This document shows positions 29,756 to 38,705 of a DNA stretch of 64,000 bases, one piece after another. Made by a program: the position numbers and the translations under genes. Origin of the DNA: Dehalococcoidia bacterium (GTDB lineage Bacteria > Chloroflexota > Dehalococcoidia > Bin125); NCBI GenBank assembly GCA_963555985.3, contig OY820591.1, forward strand, positions 1,824,001 to 1,888,000. Reading direction: 5' to 3'. How positions within the stretch are numbered: the stretch's first letter is position 1; each line of letters starts with the position of its first letter. The notes under the pieces were generated by a model, which saw nothing but the letters and a program-made list of their open reading frames with translations, was not told the DNA's origin and did not search any database.

Positions 29756-29786
29756 GGCGGCGTCCTTTCGGCGGCTGGTCGGGAAC

Positions 29787-29795
29787 ATTGTAGCA
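29787..29795 (-). promoter_or_regulatory. Extended -10 promoter for the ErpA-like gene and metF
   Basis: TGCTACAAT on the minus strand about 30 nt upstream of the ATG. Confidence 0.55.
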
Positions 29796-29960
29796 GGCGG
29801 GCGGGAGCGGGTTTGCAACGGGGGCGTCAGAGGGACGGGCGGTTAGGGATGGTTAGCGCGTGGTTAGTCCTGTTCAGCAATTTTGAGGGGGCGTGCGCGG
29901 GACGGTTTTGCGAATTGCCTGTGTTTTACGGGGGTTTGTGAGATTTGAGGTGTGTGATTT

Positions 29961-30150
29961 GGGTGTTCGGGCAGTTTTTTCTTTGGGGCGGTCCCGGGAA
30001 AAACGGGGGCTAGAGACTGAACATGTTCAGGTTTGTTCAGGTTGGGCTGTTCGATTTTGGACGATTTTGGATGAATTCGTTCGATTGCGTTCGGATTTGG
30101 TCGAGGCTGTGCGGGCGTGGACGGGGGCGTGCGGGGCATTTCGGGGCCTG
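29961..30150. repeat. Dispersed intergenic element with 10-bp-phased tandem array
   Basis: 29963-30010 aligns with about 38725-38770; tgttcaggtt occurs twice at 30024-30043; ten phased 10-mers at 30051-30150, nine with CG at positions 2-3. Confidence 0.7.
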
Positions 30151-30262
30151 GCGAGCGGGTCTGCATTGGGCGGCTTTCGGGCGGGCGTGCGTTTGTTCTA
30201 GCTTAGCAGGTTTGGGGCGGTTGGCGGCGCGGGTATGCTAGGGGTGGGTTAAGGAGGCTGCG

Positions 30263-30562
30263 ATGGCGATCTTCGATACGGCGCGGCTGCTGGATGTGCT
30301 GGTGCGCGGCAAGTTTGCGGAGGCGGCTCCGGCGGCGGAACTGGTGAGCGAGCTGGAAGAGCAGATGGACGGCGTGCTGTCGGGATACCCGACCATGGAT
30401 CGGATGGGACTGGAGATCGGAAGAGTCCTTCAGGCCATCGCCGAAATAGAGAAACGCCGAGCAGAAATGGAAGCACGACAGGCGCGGCACATCAATCAGG
30501 CAGTGGGGATCATCCTGGCCGGGATCGCGTTGGCGGTGGGGATCATTTTGGGGTTTGGGTAG
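30263..30562 (+). CDS. Small coiled-coil protein with C-terminal TM helix (DUF1640/CCDC90-like)
   Basis: 'FDTARLLDVLVRGKF..A.A' start, coiled coil, TM tail 'GIILAGIALAVGIILG'; RBS AAGGAGG; TATGCT at 30234. Confidence 0.7.
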   Translation: MAIFDTARLLDVLVRGKFAEAAPAAELVSELEEQMDGVLSGYPTMDRMGLEIGRVLQAIAEIEKRRAEMEARQARHINQAVGIILAGIALAVGIILGFG

Positions 30563-30572
30563 GCTGGGTGAT

Positions 30573-30932
30573 ATGACGACTGCGCGGGTCATTTATTACC
30601 GGGATTTGAGCGCGGAGCATTTGCGGCAAGCGCGGGCGCTGTTGGCCGAGGGTGATCCGATGGAGGCGTTGGAGCGGGGTTGGGCGGCAGTCGCTGCGGA
30701 GCTCAAAGTGGCGGCGAACACGCGGGGGTTGCCGCACGATCGGCATCATGAATTGTGGGTGGTGGTGCGGACGCTGATCCAGGAGAGCGGCGACAGCGAA
30801 CTCAGCCTACTCTTCGGCTGTGTGCAGACGACGCAGATCAACTTCTATGACGTGCCTTACGAACGTGACCACATCAAGTGGTTTCTCGATCAGGTCGAGC
30901 GGTTGGTAGGGAAGTTGGACGCTCTGGCGTAG
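30573..30932 (+). CDS. PaREP1-like HEPN domain protein
   Basis: 'HLRQARALLAEGDPMEALERGWAAVA.ELK.AA..RG..H..H' and 'INFY'. Confidence 0.75.
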   Translation: MTTARVIYYRDLSAEHLRQARALLAEGDPMEALERGWAAVAAELKVAANTRGLPHDRHHELWVVVRTLIQESGDSELSLLFGCVQTTQINFYDVPYERDHIKWFLDQVERLVGKLDALA

Positions 30933-30939
30933 GGCATGA

Positions 30940-31704
30940 TCAATCAGGAAGTTTGAGGCTTGCGAATGGGCTATTGGGATCCCAATCTCTCACCCGTCGA
31001 TAATTTATCGCGTCCAGCGTCATGAACTCAGGTAGCGAGCGCCCAGGAATCCGCTTCGGCTCCCAGGCCTCCCACTCATCAGGAAATTCCCAGCCGAGTC
31101 TTGTCAAGTCCGCGGTGGTGAACGGTGTGGAAAGCACCGTCGCTGATCCGCCATTCAATTCTGACCAACCATACTGGTCATTAGTGAGTGATGGTGAAGG
31201 ATGTACCAGAATATAGAGTTGTAGTGTGCGCTTGCGCCAGCGTGACTTCACGACATGAAATATGATCGTGTCAGTCTCGTAGTTCGTGCAAGCAACGTTG
31301 TTCCAATTGCTACCTGAGGTAGAAAACTGGTAATCCATGTACTGCGCGATCCCAAAGACGGCGTCCTTGCAAAGCGACTTCTGCGACTTCCACTCTGTTG
31401 CATAGTAGGATGCGTTTCCGCTCTCCATCTCATGGAGGCGGACGACTGCACTCCGAAGTGCATCTCTCAACTTTGCCTCTGTCTTCGCTCGCTCCCGGGC
31501 AAGAAGCTCCTGCGCAGCTCTTCTGGATTCATTAGCTTTCCTCTCACGGGCGGTCTGCCGATTTAGCCGATTCTGCTTCAGCCATTCTCGAGTTCGCCGT
31601 ACGGAGCGGAATGTTAGCGGAACAACATCTCGCACAACCACCCAGACTGCGGCGGCAATACCAGCAATCGCACCGATTTGCGTGAGTGTATCTTGAGGTT
31701 CCAT
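30940..31704 (-). CDS. Hypothetical protein with N-terminal TM helix and coiled coil, lower GC
   Basis: 254-aa ORF, visibly more AT-rich than its flanks, 7 bp downstream of the MTase-HNH gene. Confidence 0.65.
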   Translation of the reverse strand: MEPQDTLTQIGAIAGIAAAVWVVVRDVVPLTFRSVRRTREWLKQNRLNRQTARERKANESRRAAQELLARERAKTEAKLRDALRSAVVRLHEMESGNASYYATEWKSQKSLCKDAVFGIAQYMDYQFSTSGSNWNNVACTNYETDTIIFHVVKSRWRKRTLQLYILVHPSPSLTNDQYGWSELNGGSATVLSTPFTTADLTRLGWEFPDEWEAWEPKRIPGRSLPEFMTLDAINYRRVRDWDPNSPFASLKLPD

Positions 31705-31711
31705 CGCTCAG

Positions 31712-32998
31712 CTACTCTGTCGCCATTCGGTTGCGCTTCTTGTTCTCAACCCGCAGACCGCTCAGGGTGAGGCGGTTCGACTTGATTCGATTGCATGGTC
31801 CACACAGTAGCAACCGATTCGAGATGTGGTTCAGGCCGCCGTCTGAGCGGGGCGTGTTATGGTCAAGTTCGAGGTAGAGCGGATCGTCGAACTGGCGATC
31901 GCAGCCTCGGCAGATCATCCCGTGTTGGAGGATCAGGAAGTCCACCATTTCAGCACGGGTCATCTTGGGGCCGGGCGGTTCGGCGATCTGCACTTTGAGC
32001 TTGAGCGGCGGCGCGGCTACAGCTTTGTCGTCGGTGCGAACGGGGGCGACGGTGCTGTAGCCGATCTGTCCGAAGGTGATGAGCTGGCCTCCGCTGTCGC
32101 CGTCCGGGGCGGCAAGGTTTTCCTTCTGCAAGCGGTCAATGACTGTCTGGTGCGCCTGCTCCCAGATGTCCATACCGATCCACTGCCTGCCGAGTCGCTC
32201 TGCAGCGACCGGTGTGGTCGCGCAACCGCAGAATGGGTCGAGGACCATGTCGCCCTCGTTCGATGATGCTTTGATGATCCGCTCATAGAGAGCAAGCGGT
32301 TTCTGTGTCGGATAACCAACACGCTCGCGCGTATTCGGACCAAAGGTCATATGCCACCAATCTTCGGGCACTTTGCCTCGGTTCTTTCGTTCAACCTCCG
32401 GGCTACTGAAGCCGCCTAGCTCATTCCACTTCGACGGCACGCGAACGGCGTCTCTATTGAACGTCGCGCTTGGGTAGGAGTAGAAGAGGATCGTGTCGTG
32501 CTTACGCGGGAAATGCCGCAACGCTCGTTGCGGGCCGGTGTAGCACCATGCGATCTCATTGCGGAAGTTCTTGCGCTCGAAGATGGCGTCCATCAGCGCT
32601 TTCACGTAGGCCGACGCGGTGTGGTCGATGTGCAGATAGATGCTGCCGTCCTCCCGCAGCACCCGATGCATCTCCAACAGCCGCACGCCCAACCAGCAGA
32701 GATAGGCGGCCATGTCCTCGCCGGCGGCGGCGCGGGCGGCTTCGATCACCTGCCAGACCGCGGGCCAGTCGTCCTGGATGGCGTCGACCCAGTCCTGATG
32801 GACGTCTTTGTCCCAGCTCCAGCGGTCTTCGAACTTGGCGCCGGCGGCGAGACTGTCGGGGGTGGCGTGGAAGTCGCGGCCTTTGTTGAAGGGCGGGTCG
32901 GTGGCTATGAGGTGGATGGTGTTGGAGTTGAGGCCTTTGAGGAAGGGTAGGTTGTCGCCGTGGAAGAGGGTTCGGTTGGTGAAGTTGAGGGTGGTCAT
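31712..32998 (-). CDS. Beta-class N4/N6 DNA methyltransferase fused to a C-terminal HNH endonuclease
   Basis: 'ATDPPFN', 'GYPTQKP', '[10 protein letters not shown]'; HNH 'CRGC...ELDHNTPRSDGGLNHISNRLLLCGPCNRIKS'. Confidence 0.9.
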   Translation of the reverse strand: MTTLNFTNRTLFHGDNLPFLKGLNSNTIHLIATDPPFNKGRDFHATPDSLAAGAKFEDRWSWDKDVHQDWVDAIQDDWPAVWQVIEAARAAAGEDMAAYLCWLGVRLLEMHRVLREDGSIYLHIDHTASAYVKALMDAIFERKNFRNEIAWCYTGPQRALRHFPRKHDTILFYSYPSATFNRDAVRVPSKWNELGGFSSPEVERKNRGKVPEDWWHMTFGPNTRERVGYPTQKPLALYERIIKASSNEGDMVLDPFCGCATTPVAAERLGRQWIGMDIWEQAHQTVIDRLQKENLAAPDGDSGGQLITFGQIGYSTVAPVRTDDKAVAAPPLKLKVQIAEPPGPKMTRAEMVDFLILQHGMICRGCDRQFDDPLYLELDHNTPRSDGGLNHISNRLLLCGPCNRIKSNRLTLSGLRVENKKRNRMATE

Positions 32999-33047
32999 GC
33001 TTCATATGTTCGCGTGGGTTGGGGTGGTTTGGCAAGGGGGAGTCCCC

Positions 33048-33181
33048 CCTGTCCCCCGCGTGCGCGGGGGCAGGCTCTACGTGACATCTCCCCCCGCAGA
33101 GAGGGGGCGAGGGGGGAGCTCGCGGCGAGATACCCGCGACGGGGCGCGGGTATGACGGATATTGGGCGCGGGTATGACGGA
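33048..33181. repeat. Cluster of palindromic repeats (families C and A)
   Basis: cctgtcccccgcg-tg-cgcgggggcagg; tctccccccgcagagagggggcga; cgagatacccgcg..cgcgggtatgacgga plus a repeated half-site. Confidence 0.75.
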
Positions 33182-33219
33182 AGGGGGCGGAGGGATGGCG
33201 GAGGCGTTAGGCTGTGGGT

Positions 33220-34383
33220 ATGGAACGGGCGTATTTCGACCATGCGGCGACGACTCCGCTTGATGGGCGGGTGTTGGAGGCGATGGTGCCGGTTTTGGAG
33301 CGGGGTTGGGGGAATCCTTCGGGGATTTATCGGGAGGCTCAGGTTGCTCGGGGGATTTTGGACGGGGCTCGGGATGAGATTGCGGGGGTGTTGGGGTGTT
33401 CACCGAGTGAGGTAGTGCTGACGAGCGGGGGGACGGAGTCGGACAATGCGGCGATTCGGGGGGTGGCGCTGGCGCGTGGGTTTGCGGGGCGGCATTTGAT
33501 CACGTCGGCGATTGAGCATCATGCGGTGCTGCATCCGCTGGAGGCGTTGGAGCGGGAGGGGTTTGAGTTGACGGTGCTGCCGGTGGACGGGGAGGGGTTT
33601 GTGGATCCGGAAGAGGCGGCGGCGGCGGTTCGGGATGACACGATTTTGGTGTCGGTGATGACGGCGAACAACGAGATTGGGACGGTGCAGCCGATTGCGG
33701 AGATTGCAGCGGCGGTGAAGGCCCGGAATCGGCGGACGCTGGTGCATACGGACGCGGTGCAGGCGGCGGGTGCGGTGGATATCCGTCCGGACGTGTTGGG
33801 GGTGGACCTGATGTCGCTGACGGCGCACAAGATTTACGGGCCGAAGGGGTCTGGGGCGCTGTATGTGCGGCGGCGGACGGCGTTGGAGCCAATCTTGCTG
33901 GGTGGGGGTCAGGAGGAGGAGCGGCGCGCGGGTACGGAGTCGGTGGCGCAGGCGGTGGGCCTGGCGACGGCGCTGCAGCTCGCGGAAGCCGAGCGGTCGG
34001 AGCGGACGGCGCATGTGCGGGAGTTGCGGGATGCGTTGTGGCGGGAGTTGCGGGAGCGGGTGAGTCCGCTGCGGCTGAATGGTCCGGCGGACTGGGAGCG
34101 GCGGTTGCCGAATAACTTGCATGTGTGTTTTGCGGGCGTGGAGGGGGAGTCGATTTTGTTGCAGCTGGATATGGAGGGGTTTGCGGCGTCGAGCGGGAGC
34201 GCTTGTTCGACGGGGAGCACGGAGCCGAGTCATGTGTTGACGGCGATCGGGGTGGATCCCGATACGGCGCACTCGGCGGTGCGGTTGAGTCTGGGTCAGA
34301 GCAATACGTTGGAGCAGGTGGAGCGGTTGGCTGGGGCGGTACCTGAGATCGTGGGGCGGTTGCGGGCGTTGTCGCCGGTGTAA
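33220..34383 (+). CDS. iscS: Cysteine desulfurase (IscS/NifS type)
   Basis: 'YFDHAATTP', 'GNPS', 'TSGGTESDN', 'HTDAVQA', 'AHKIYGPKG', 'SSGSACS'. Confidence 0.95.
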   Translation: MERAYFDHAATTPLDGRVLEAMVPVLERGWGNPSGIYREAQVARGILDGARDEIAGVLGCSPSEVVLTSGGTESDNAAIRGVALARGFAGRHLITSAIEHHAVLHPLEALEREGFELTVLPVDGEGFVDPEEAAAAVRDDTILVSVMTANNEIGTVQPIAEIAAAVKARNRRTLVHTDAVQAAGAVDIRPDVLGVDLMSLTAHKIYGPKGSGALYVRRRTALEPILLGGGQEEERRAGTESVAQAVGLATALQLAEAERSERTAHVRELRDALWRELRERVSPLRLNGPADWERRLPNNLHVCFAGVEGESILLQLDMEGFAASSGSACSTGSTEPSHVLTAIGVDPDTAHSAVRLSLGQSNTLEQVERLAGAVPEIVGRLRALSPV

Positions 34384-34407
34384 TGTTCGCGCGATTGGGG
34401 GATCGAC

Positions 34408-35058
34408 GTGGTGACTGAGACTCAGACGCCGGATGCGCCTGGGGCGGAAGCGGCGTCGGCGGCCGAGCTGCCGGGGTATCCGCTGCGGTTGCAGCTGCCG
34501 CCGGAGTGGGAGTTGACGGACGAGCGGTTGTTGGAGTTGGGGTCGCTGAACGAGGAGTGGTATCTGGAGGCCGACTGCGAGGGAGGGTTGCTGATCATGG
34601 CGCCACCTGGTCCGGAGAGCGGTGAGCGGGAGCTTGAGATCGGTTCGCAGATTCGCCAATGGCGACACTCGAGCGATCGAGGGCGCGCCTTTGGCTCCTC
34701 AATGTTCCAGTTACCGAACGGCTGGCGGCGTGCGCCGGACGCCGCCTGGATTAGCGACGAGCGGCTGGCGGAGATCGCGGGCGACGAGCGCATCATCTGG
34801 CGGGTCTGTCCGGACTTCGTCGTTGAGGTGCGGTCGGCGACTGACGATCTGGACGTGTTGCAGGCGAAGATGGAGATGTGGGTGTCGCAGGGGGCGCGGT
34901 TGGGTTGGTTGGTCGATCCTCGAGAGGAGGCGGTGTGGGTGTACCGGCCGGGGCGGGCGGCGGAACGGATTGAGCGGCCAGCTTCGCTGGTTGCGGAGGA
35001 GATATCGGGCGATTTGGCGATCGATTTATCGCGGGTGTGGCCGTCGCGGGAGAGCTAG
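34408..35058 (+). CDS. Uma2 family (PD-(D/E)XK) putative endonuclease #1
   Basis: 'RAPDAAW', 'CPDFVVEVRS', 'KMEMW', 'GARLGWLVDP'. Confidence 0.9.
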   Translation: MVTETQTPDAPGAEAASAAELPGYPLRLQLPPEWELTDERLLELGSLNEEWYLEADCEGGLLIMAPPGPESGERELEIGSQIRQWRHSSDRGRAFGSSMFQLPNGWRRAPDAAWISDERLAEIAGDERIIWRVCPDFVVEVRSATDDLDVLQAKMEMWVSQGARLGWLVDPREEAVWVYRPGRAAERIERPASLVAEEISGDLAIDLSRVWPSRES

Positions 35059-36161
35059 GCGGTTGACCAGCGGGCGTTCAGGTTGAGATAGCGGGCGATG
35101 TCGTTGATTTCTTGCTCGATTGCTGTTTGGGCGTGGTCGTTGAGGTCGGTGAAGGGGCGGAGGGTGATGTTGACGCGGGTTTTGGTGGAGCGGTATTGCC
35201 AGGTTCCGATCAGGGTTCCGTCGGCGATGATGGTGGGGCGGATCATGCCGCCGCCGGCGTTGACTTGCTTGAGCTGGGTTTCGGGGACGCCGAGGTCGCG
35301 TTTGGCGTAGCCGAGGATGTAGGGGTCGAAAGGGCCGAGCAGACGAACGGTTTCGGGTCGGGCCAGGGTGTCGGCGAGTTGGTTGGCGGTTGATGCGGGG
35401 ATCCACATGGGGCGTCCGTCGACGTCTACCTCGGTGAGTTGGTCGGCGACGGCTTGGTGGGCAGCGCGAGCGGCAACGGCGGGAAGTCCGCTCCACCAGC
35501 GGAAATCGGCGGGGGTGGCGGGTGCGTAGGCGCGGTAGAAGATTTCGGCGAGTCTCGCGGCGGGATTGGCGGGCTGGTTGTCCGGTTCGGTGAGCCAGTC
35601 GTCGATCAGGACGTGGGCGGCTTCGCCGCCGATTTCGGGGCCGAAGCAGATGTGTCCGTTGAGGGAGGCGGAGCGGAGCAGGTGAGGGACGGCCTGGCCT
35701 TCGTGGGGCAGGTCTTGTTCGCGGAAGTGGTCGATGATCTGGTGGCGGGTGAGTGGTCCGCGTTCGCCGAGGAGGCGGCGCATGGCCTGCATGGAGCAGG
35801 CGTGGTCGTCGGGGATGATACCGAGGTCGGCGCGGCGCTTGAGGGCTTTGGCGTCCATTTCCGCGCCGAGCAACTCGAGCAGCCAGCGGAGGTCGGTGCC
35901 TGGGACGGTGTGGAGGGTGCCGCGGTGAAGCCAGGTTCGGACGAGGGTACGGTCGTGGAGGCGGGCTTGGCGGAGGTCTTCGGTGGTGAGTTCGTCAGAG
36001 CGGACTCGGACGGCGAGGAGTTCTCCGAGGCGATCTTGGGATTGGATTGCGGCGCTGGCTCGGGTTGCGTCCAGGGCGTTCGCGGCGGGGGTTCCGCTGA
36101 GGCCTTGGGCGGCGAAGCGGAGTTTGCGGGCTTCGGCGGGGGTGAGGGTGGTCACGGGCAC
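35055..36161 (-). CDS. AlkZ-like (HTH_42) DNA glycosylase
   Basis: 'IQSQD' (QxQ motif), 'RTWLHRGTLH', 'DFRWWSGL', 'LLGPFDPYILGY'. Confidence 0.85.
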   Translation of the reverse strand: MPVTTLTPAEARKLRFAAQGLSGTPAANALDATRASAAIQSQDRLGELLAVRVRSDELTTEDLRQARLHDRTLVRTWLHRGTLHTVPGTDLRWLLELLGAEMDAKALKRRADLGIIPDDHACSMQAMRRLLGERGPLTRHQIIDHFREQDLPHEGQAVPHLLRSASLNGHICFGPEIGGEAAHVLIDDWLTEPDNQPANPAARLAEIFYRAYAPATPADFRWWSGLPAVAARAAHQAVADQLTEVDVDGRPMWIPASTANQLADTLARPETVRLLGPFDPYILGYAKRDLGVPETQLKQVNAGGGMIRPTIIADGTLIGTWQYRSTKTRVNITLRPFTDLNDHAQTAIEQEINDIARYLNLNARWSTA

Positions 36162-36180
36162 CCCTCCTCTGCCTTCGGCA

Positions 36181-36408
36181 TCTCCCCCGCAAGAGGGGAG
36201 AAGGGAACTTACTGCATAGACCTACTGCGTACGCAGAGGCAGGCTTTTGCACAGCTCGCCGATCTGCGCGTTTCGTCACTCCCGCGAAAATGGGAATCTA
36301 TATCCCACTCGATGCGCTGTATGGATTCCCGCCTACGCGGGAATGACGGAAATGGGAGTTCTGCAAGGGTCTCCTGCGCAGCATCTCTCCGCAGTGCGAG
36401 GGGAGAGG
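36181..36408. repeat. Palindromic repeat cluster: inverted dRS3/RPE-like pair flanked by family C hairpins
   Basis: cgtcactcccgcgaaaatgggaatct (36274) and ggattcccgcctacgcgggaatgacgg (36323); tctcccccgcaagaggggaga (36181); tctctccgcagtgcgaggggaga (about 36384). Confidence 0.8.
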
Positions 36409-36435
36409 ATCGGCCTAAGCGGCGGTTGGGGGAGC

Positions 36436-36849
36436 TTAGCCGCCGGCGGCGGCTGCGTCGGCGATGCGTTGGTCGTGCTCGTACCACTCGGCGGTTTCTT
36501 CGCCGGGTTCGGGCAGGACCATGCCGCCTTCCATCGACCAACTGGCAGGGCCTTCGGTGATGCGGCCGCTGATCTGGTCGCGGGGGATGCCGGTGTGGTG
36601 GGCGAAGGCGGCCTGGAGGCCTTCGAGGAGCTCGTCCTTCTTGGACTGGGGGCGACCGGCGCGGTTGCCGCCGTCGATGAAGTAGGGGGCGTCCCAGGGG
36701 GACTCGTCGTACTCGTTGAAGACGACGTGGACGAAGGAGCGGGGAGCGTTGGTGGCGCCGCAGTGAACGTCGGTGAAGGCAAGGGCGACGGCCTTGCGGG
36801 TTTCGTAGGGAACCGAGTCTTTGGGGACGACGCAGCGGTAGAAGGGCAT
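36436..36849 (-). CDS. Tautomerase superfamily protein, cis-CaaD/Cg10062-like
   Basis: N-terminal Pro, 'TDVHCG', 'NRAGR', 'MEGGMVLPEPGEETAEW' parallel the cis-CaaD motifs. Confidence 0.8.
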   Translation of the reverse strand: MPFYRCVVPKDSVPYETRKAVALAFTDVHCGATNAPRSFVHVVFNEYDESPWDAPYFIDGGNRAGRPQSKKDELLEGLQAAFAHHTGIPRDQISGRITEGPASWSMEGGMVLPEPGEETAEWYEHDQRIADAAAAGG

Positions 36850-36894
36850 GAGGGCTCCAGATTCTTGCGCCGGGCGGCGGCGGTTGGGGACAGT

Positions 36895-37218
36895 CTAGGC
36901 GTCGGCGACGCTGACGACCAGTTCGTCGATGGTGGCGCCGGAGATTTCGCTCCAGACCTCGCAGATGCGGGTCATGAGGGCGACGCGGGTGTCCTGATCG
37001 ATGCCGCCGGGGACGGCGCCGCGGACGAGGGAGGTGGTGGAGAGTTCGCCGCCGCGGAAGCCGAAGCCCTGGGGGATGTCGGTGAAGCGGACTTCGCCGA
37101 CGAGGTCGAGGTCGGCGACTTCTTTGGCGACGCTGGCAAGGGCCTGGGCGAGTTGGTCACGGGTGTGTTGGGGGATTTGTCCCTCCTGCATGGTGCAGGC
37201 GAAAGTGATATCGGGCAT
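36895..37218 (-). CDS. Tautomerase-fold protein (tandem beta-alpha-beta)
   Basis: N-terminal Pro; 'VRFTDIPQGFGFRGGELST', 'TRVALMTRICEVW'; RBS AGGAGA. Confidence 0.6.
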   Translation of the reverse strand: MPDITFACTMQEGQIPQHTRDQLAQALASVAKEVADLDLVGEVRFTDIPQGFGFRGGELSTTSLVRGAVPGGIDQDTRVALMTRICEVWSEISGATIDELVVSVADA

Positions 37219-37308
37219 AGGCGGGGGTCTCCTGTTCAGGTGAGATTAGAGTAGCGGGCTTGGGACAGTTCAAGCTTCTGCCGCAGTTCGCCGGGATATG
37301 ATGCCGAC

Positions 37309-37947
37309 ATGGTTGTCGCACGACCCGAGGCTGAAGATGTCACCGCGCTGCTCGCGGCTCTTGGCAGCGCGCCGCTGAAACTCAGACTGCCGCCCGATTG
37401 GGTGCTGACCAACGAGAAACTACTTGAGCTTTGCAGCCTGAACGATGCCGTGCCGTTCGAGGTGGACGAGACGGGGGCGTTGATCGTGGGCTTGCCGAGT
37501 GGTCAGGCCAGCTCTTGGATCAGTCTTGAGTTCGCTGTTGCGCTGCACCATTGGATGAGCGTGGAAGCGGGCGACTTGGCCTTTGGCTCAGACGCGCTCT
37601 TCGGCTTGCCGGACGGGAGCCGACGAGTGCCCGACGCAGCCTGGGTCAGCGGCGAGCGGCTCCAGGGAATCGACATCTTCGACGGCAACGTGTGGAGCGT
37701 GACGCCGGACTTCATTGTGGAGGTTCGCTCGCTGACCGACGATATCGAGGATTTGCAGCAGAAGATGGAGCTGTGGTTGCGCAATGGCGTGCGGTTGGGC
37801 TGGCTGGTGGATCCGTTCGATCGGTGGGTGTGGGTGTATCGGCCGGGGGCCGAGGCGGTGATGTTGGAGCGCCCGCAGGAGATGTCGGACGACGAGGTGT
37901 TGCCGGGGATGGTGGTGGATCTGCGGCGGATCTGGCGTCCGGAGTAG
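37309..37947 (+). CDS. Uma2 family putative endonuclease #2
   Basis: 'RVPDAAW', 'TPDFIVEVRS', 'GVRLGWLVDP'; TATGAT ends 6 nt before the ATG. Confidence 0.9.
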   Translation: MVVARPEAEDVTALLAALGSAPLKLRLPPDWVLTNEKLLELCSLNDAVPFEVDETGALIVGLPSGQASSWISLEFAVALHHWMSVEAGDLAFGSDALFGLPDGSRRVPDAAWVSGERLQGIDIFDGNVWSVTPDFIVEVRSLTDDIEDLQQKMELWLRNGVRLGWLVDPFDRWVWVYRPGAEAVMLERPQEMSDDEVLPGMVVDLRRIWRPE

Positions 37948-38066
37948 ATTGCGGCGGTGTTTGGGTTTGTTCAGTAACATTTGACCATCCGGGGGCGGGG
38001 CGGTTTTGCGCCCCTTCGCTGGACTGATCGCGACGACAGTCCGCTAGCGCCGCCACGAGCCGAACG

Positions 38067-38705
38067 ATGCCTGAAGTCGCCGTACAGCCCGCTCCGACGC
38101 CGACGATCCCGACGAACGAGGCGACGTTCATCGGCTGCCTGCGGCTCGTGATGCCTGAGGGGATGGCGCTGAGCGATGACCTGCTGCTGGAGATCGGGGC
38201 GCGGAACGAAACCTGGCGTTTCGAGTCCGACGCGGAAGGAGCGCTCCTGATTATGGCTCCTGCGGGGACCTTGAGTGGGCGGCGAGGGATGCTGATCGGC
38301 ACCCAACTTCAGAATTGGGCTGGCGCCGGAGCGGGCGGCGACGTCTTCGATGCCAGTTCGCTCTTTCGCCTGCCCGACGGCAATCGGCGCGCGCCCGATA
38401 TCGCCTGGCTCAGCCCGGAGCGATTGTCCGAAGTGGACGAAGACGATGAGGGCGTCTGGCGAGTCACACCCGACTTCGTGATTGAGATCCGCTCGCGTAA
38501 CGACGACCTATCGGAGCAACAGGCGAAGATGGAGTTGTGGATTGCCAACGGGGCGCGTCTGGGGTGGTTGATCGATCCATTTGAGGAACGTTTATGGGTG
38601 TATCGACCGGATCATGAGCCGGAGGAATTGGCGCGTCCGATACGGATCGGGGATGCGGAAGTGTTGCCGGGGTTGGATGTGGATTTGAGTCGGGTGTGGC
38701 GCTGA
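38067..38705 (+). CDS. Uma2 family putative endonuclease #3
   Basis: 'RAPDIAW', 'TPDFVIEIRS', 'GARLGWLIDP'. Confidence 0.9.
   Translation: MPEVAVQPAPTPTIPTNEATFIGCLRLVMPEGMALSDDLLLEIGARNETWRFESDAEGALLIMAPAGTLSGRRGMLIGTQLQNWAGAGAGGDVFDASSLFRLPDGNRRAPDIAWLSPERLSEVDEDDEGVWRVTPDFVIEIRSRNDDLSEQQAKMELWIANGARLGWLIDPFEERLWVYRPDHEPEELARPIRIGDAEVLPGLDVDLSRVWR

Noticed and set aside
30051-30150. Phased repeats as a CRISPR array
   Set aside because: Units are 10 bp, degenerate and contiguous, with no unique spacers and no cas genes
29864-30166. 100-aa minus-strand ORF as a real protein
   Set aside because: It is a translation of the 10-bp repeat element, whose period does not keep a reading frame
33400-34668. 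422-aa minus-strand ORF, and similar Arg/Pro-rich ORFs such as 28522-29466, 35439-36560 and 54386-55681
   Set aside because: They overlap well-supported genes in other frames and have low-complexity composition without motifs
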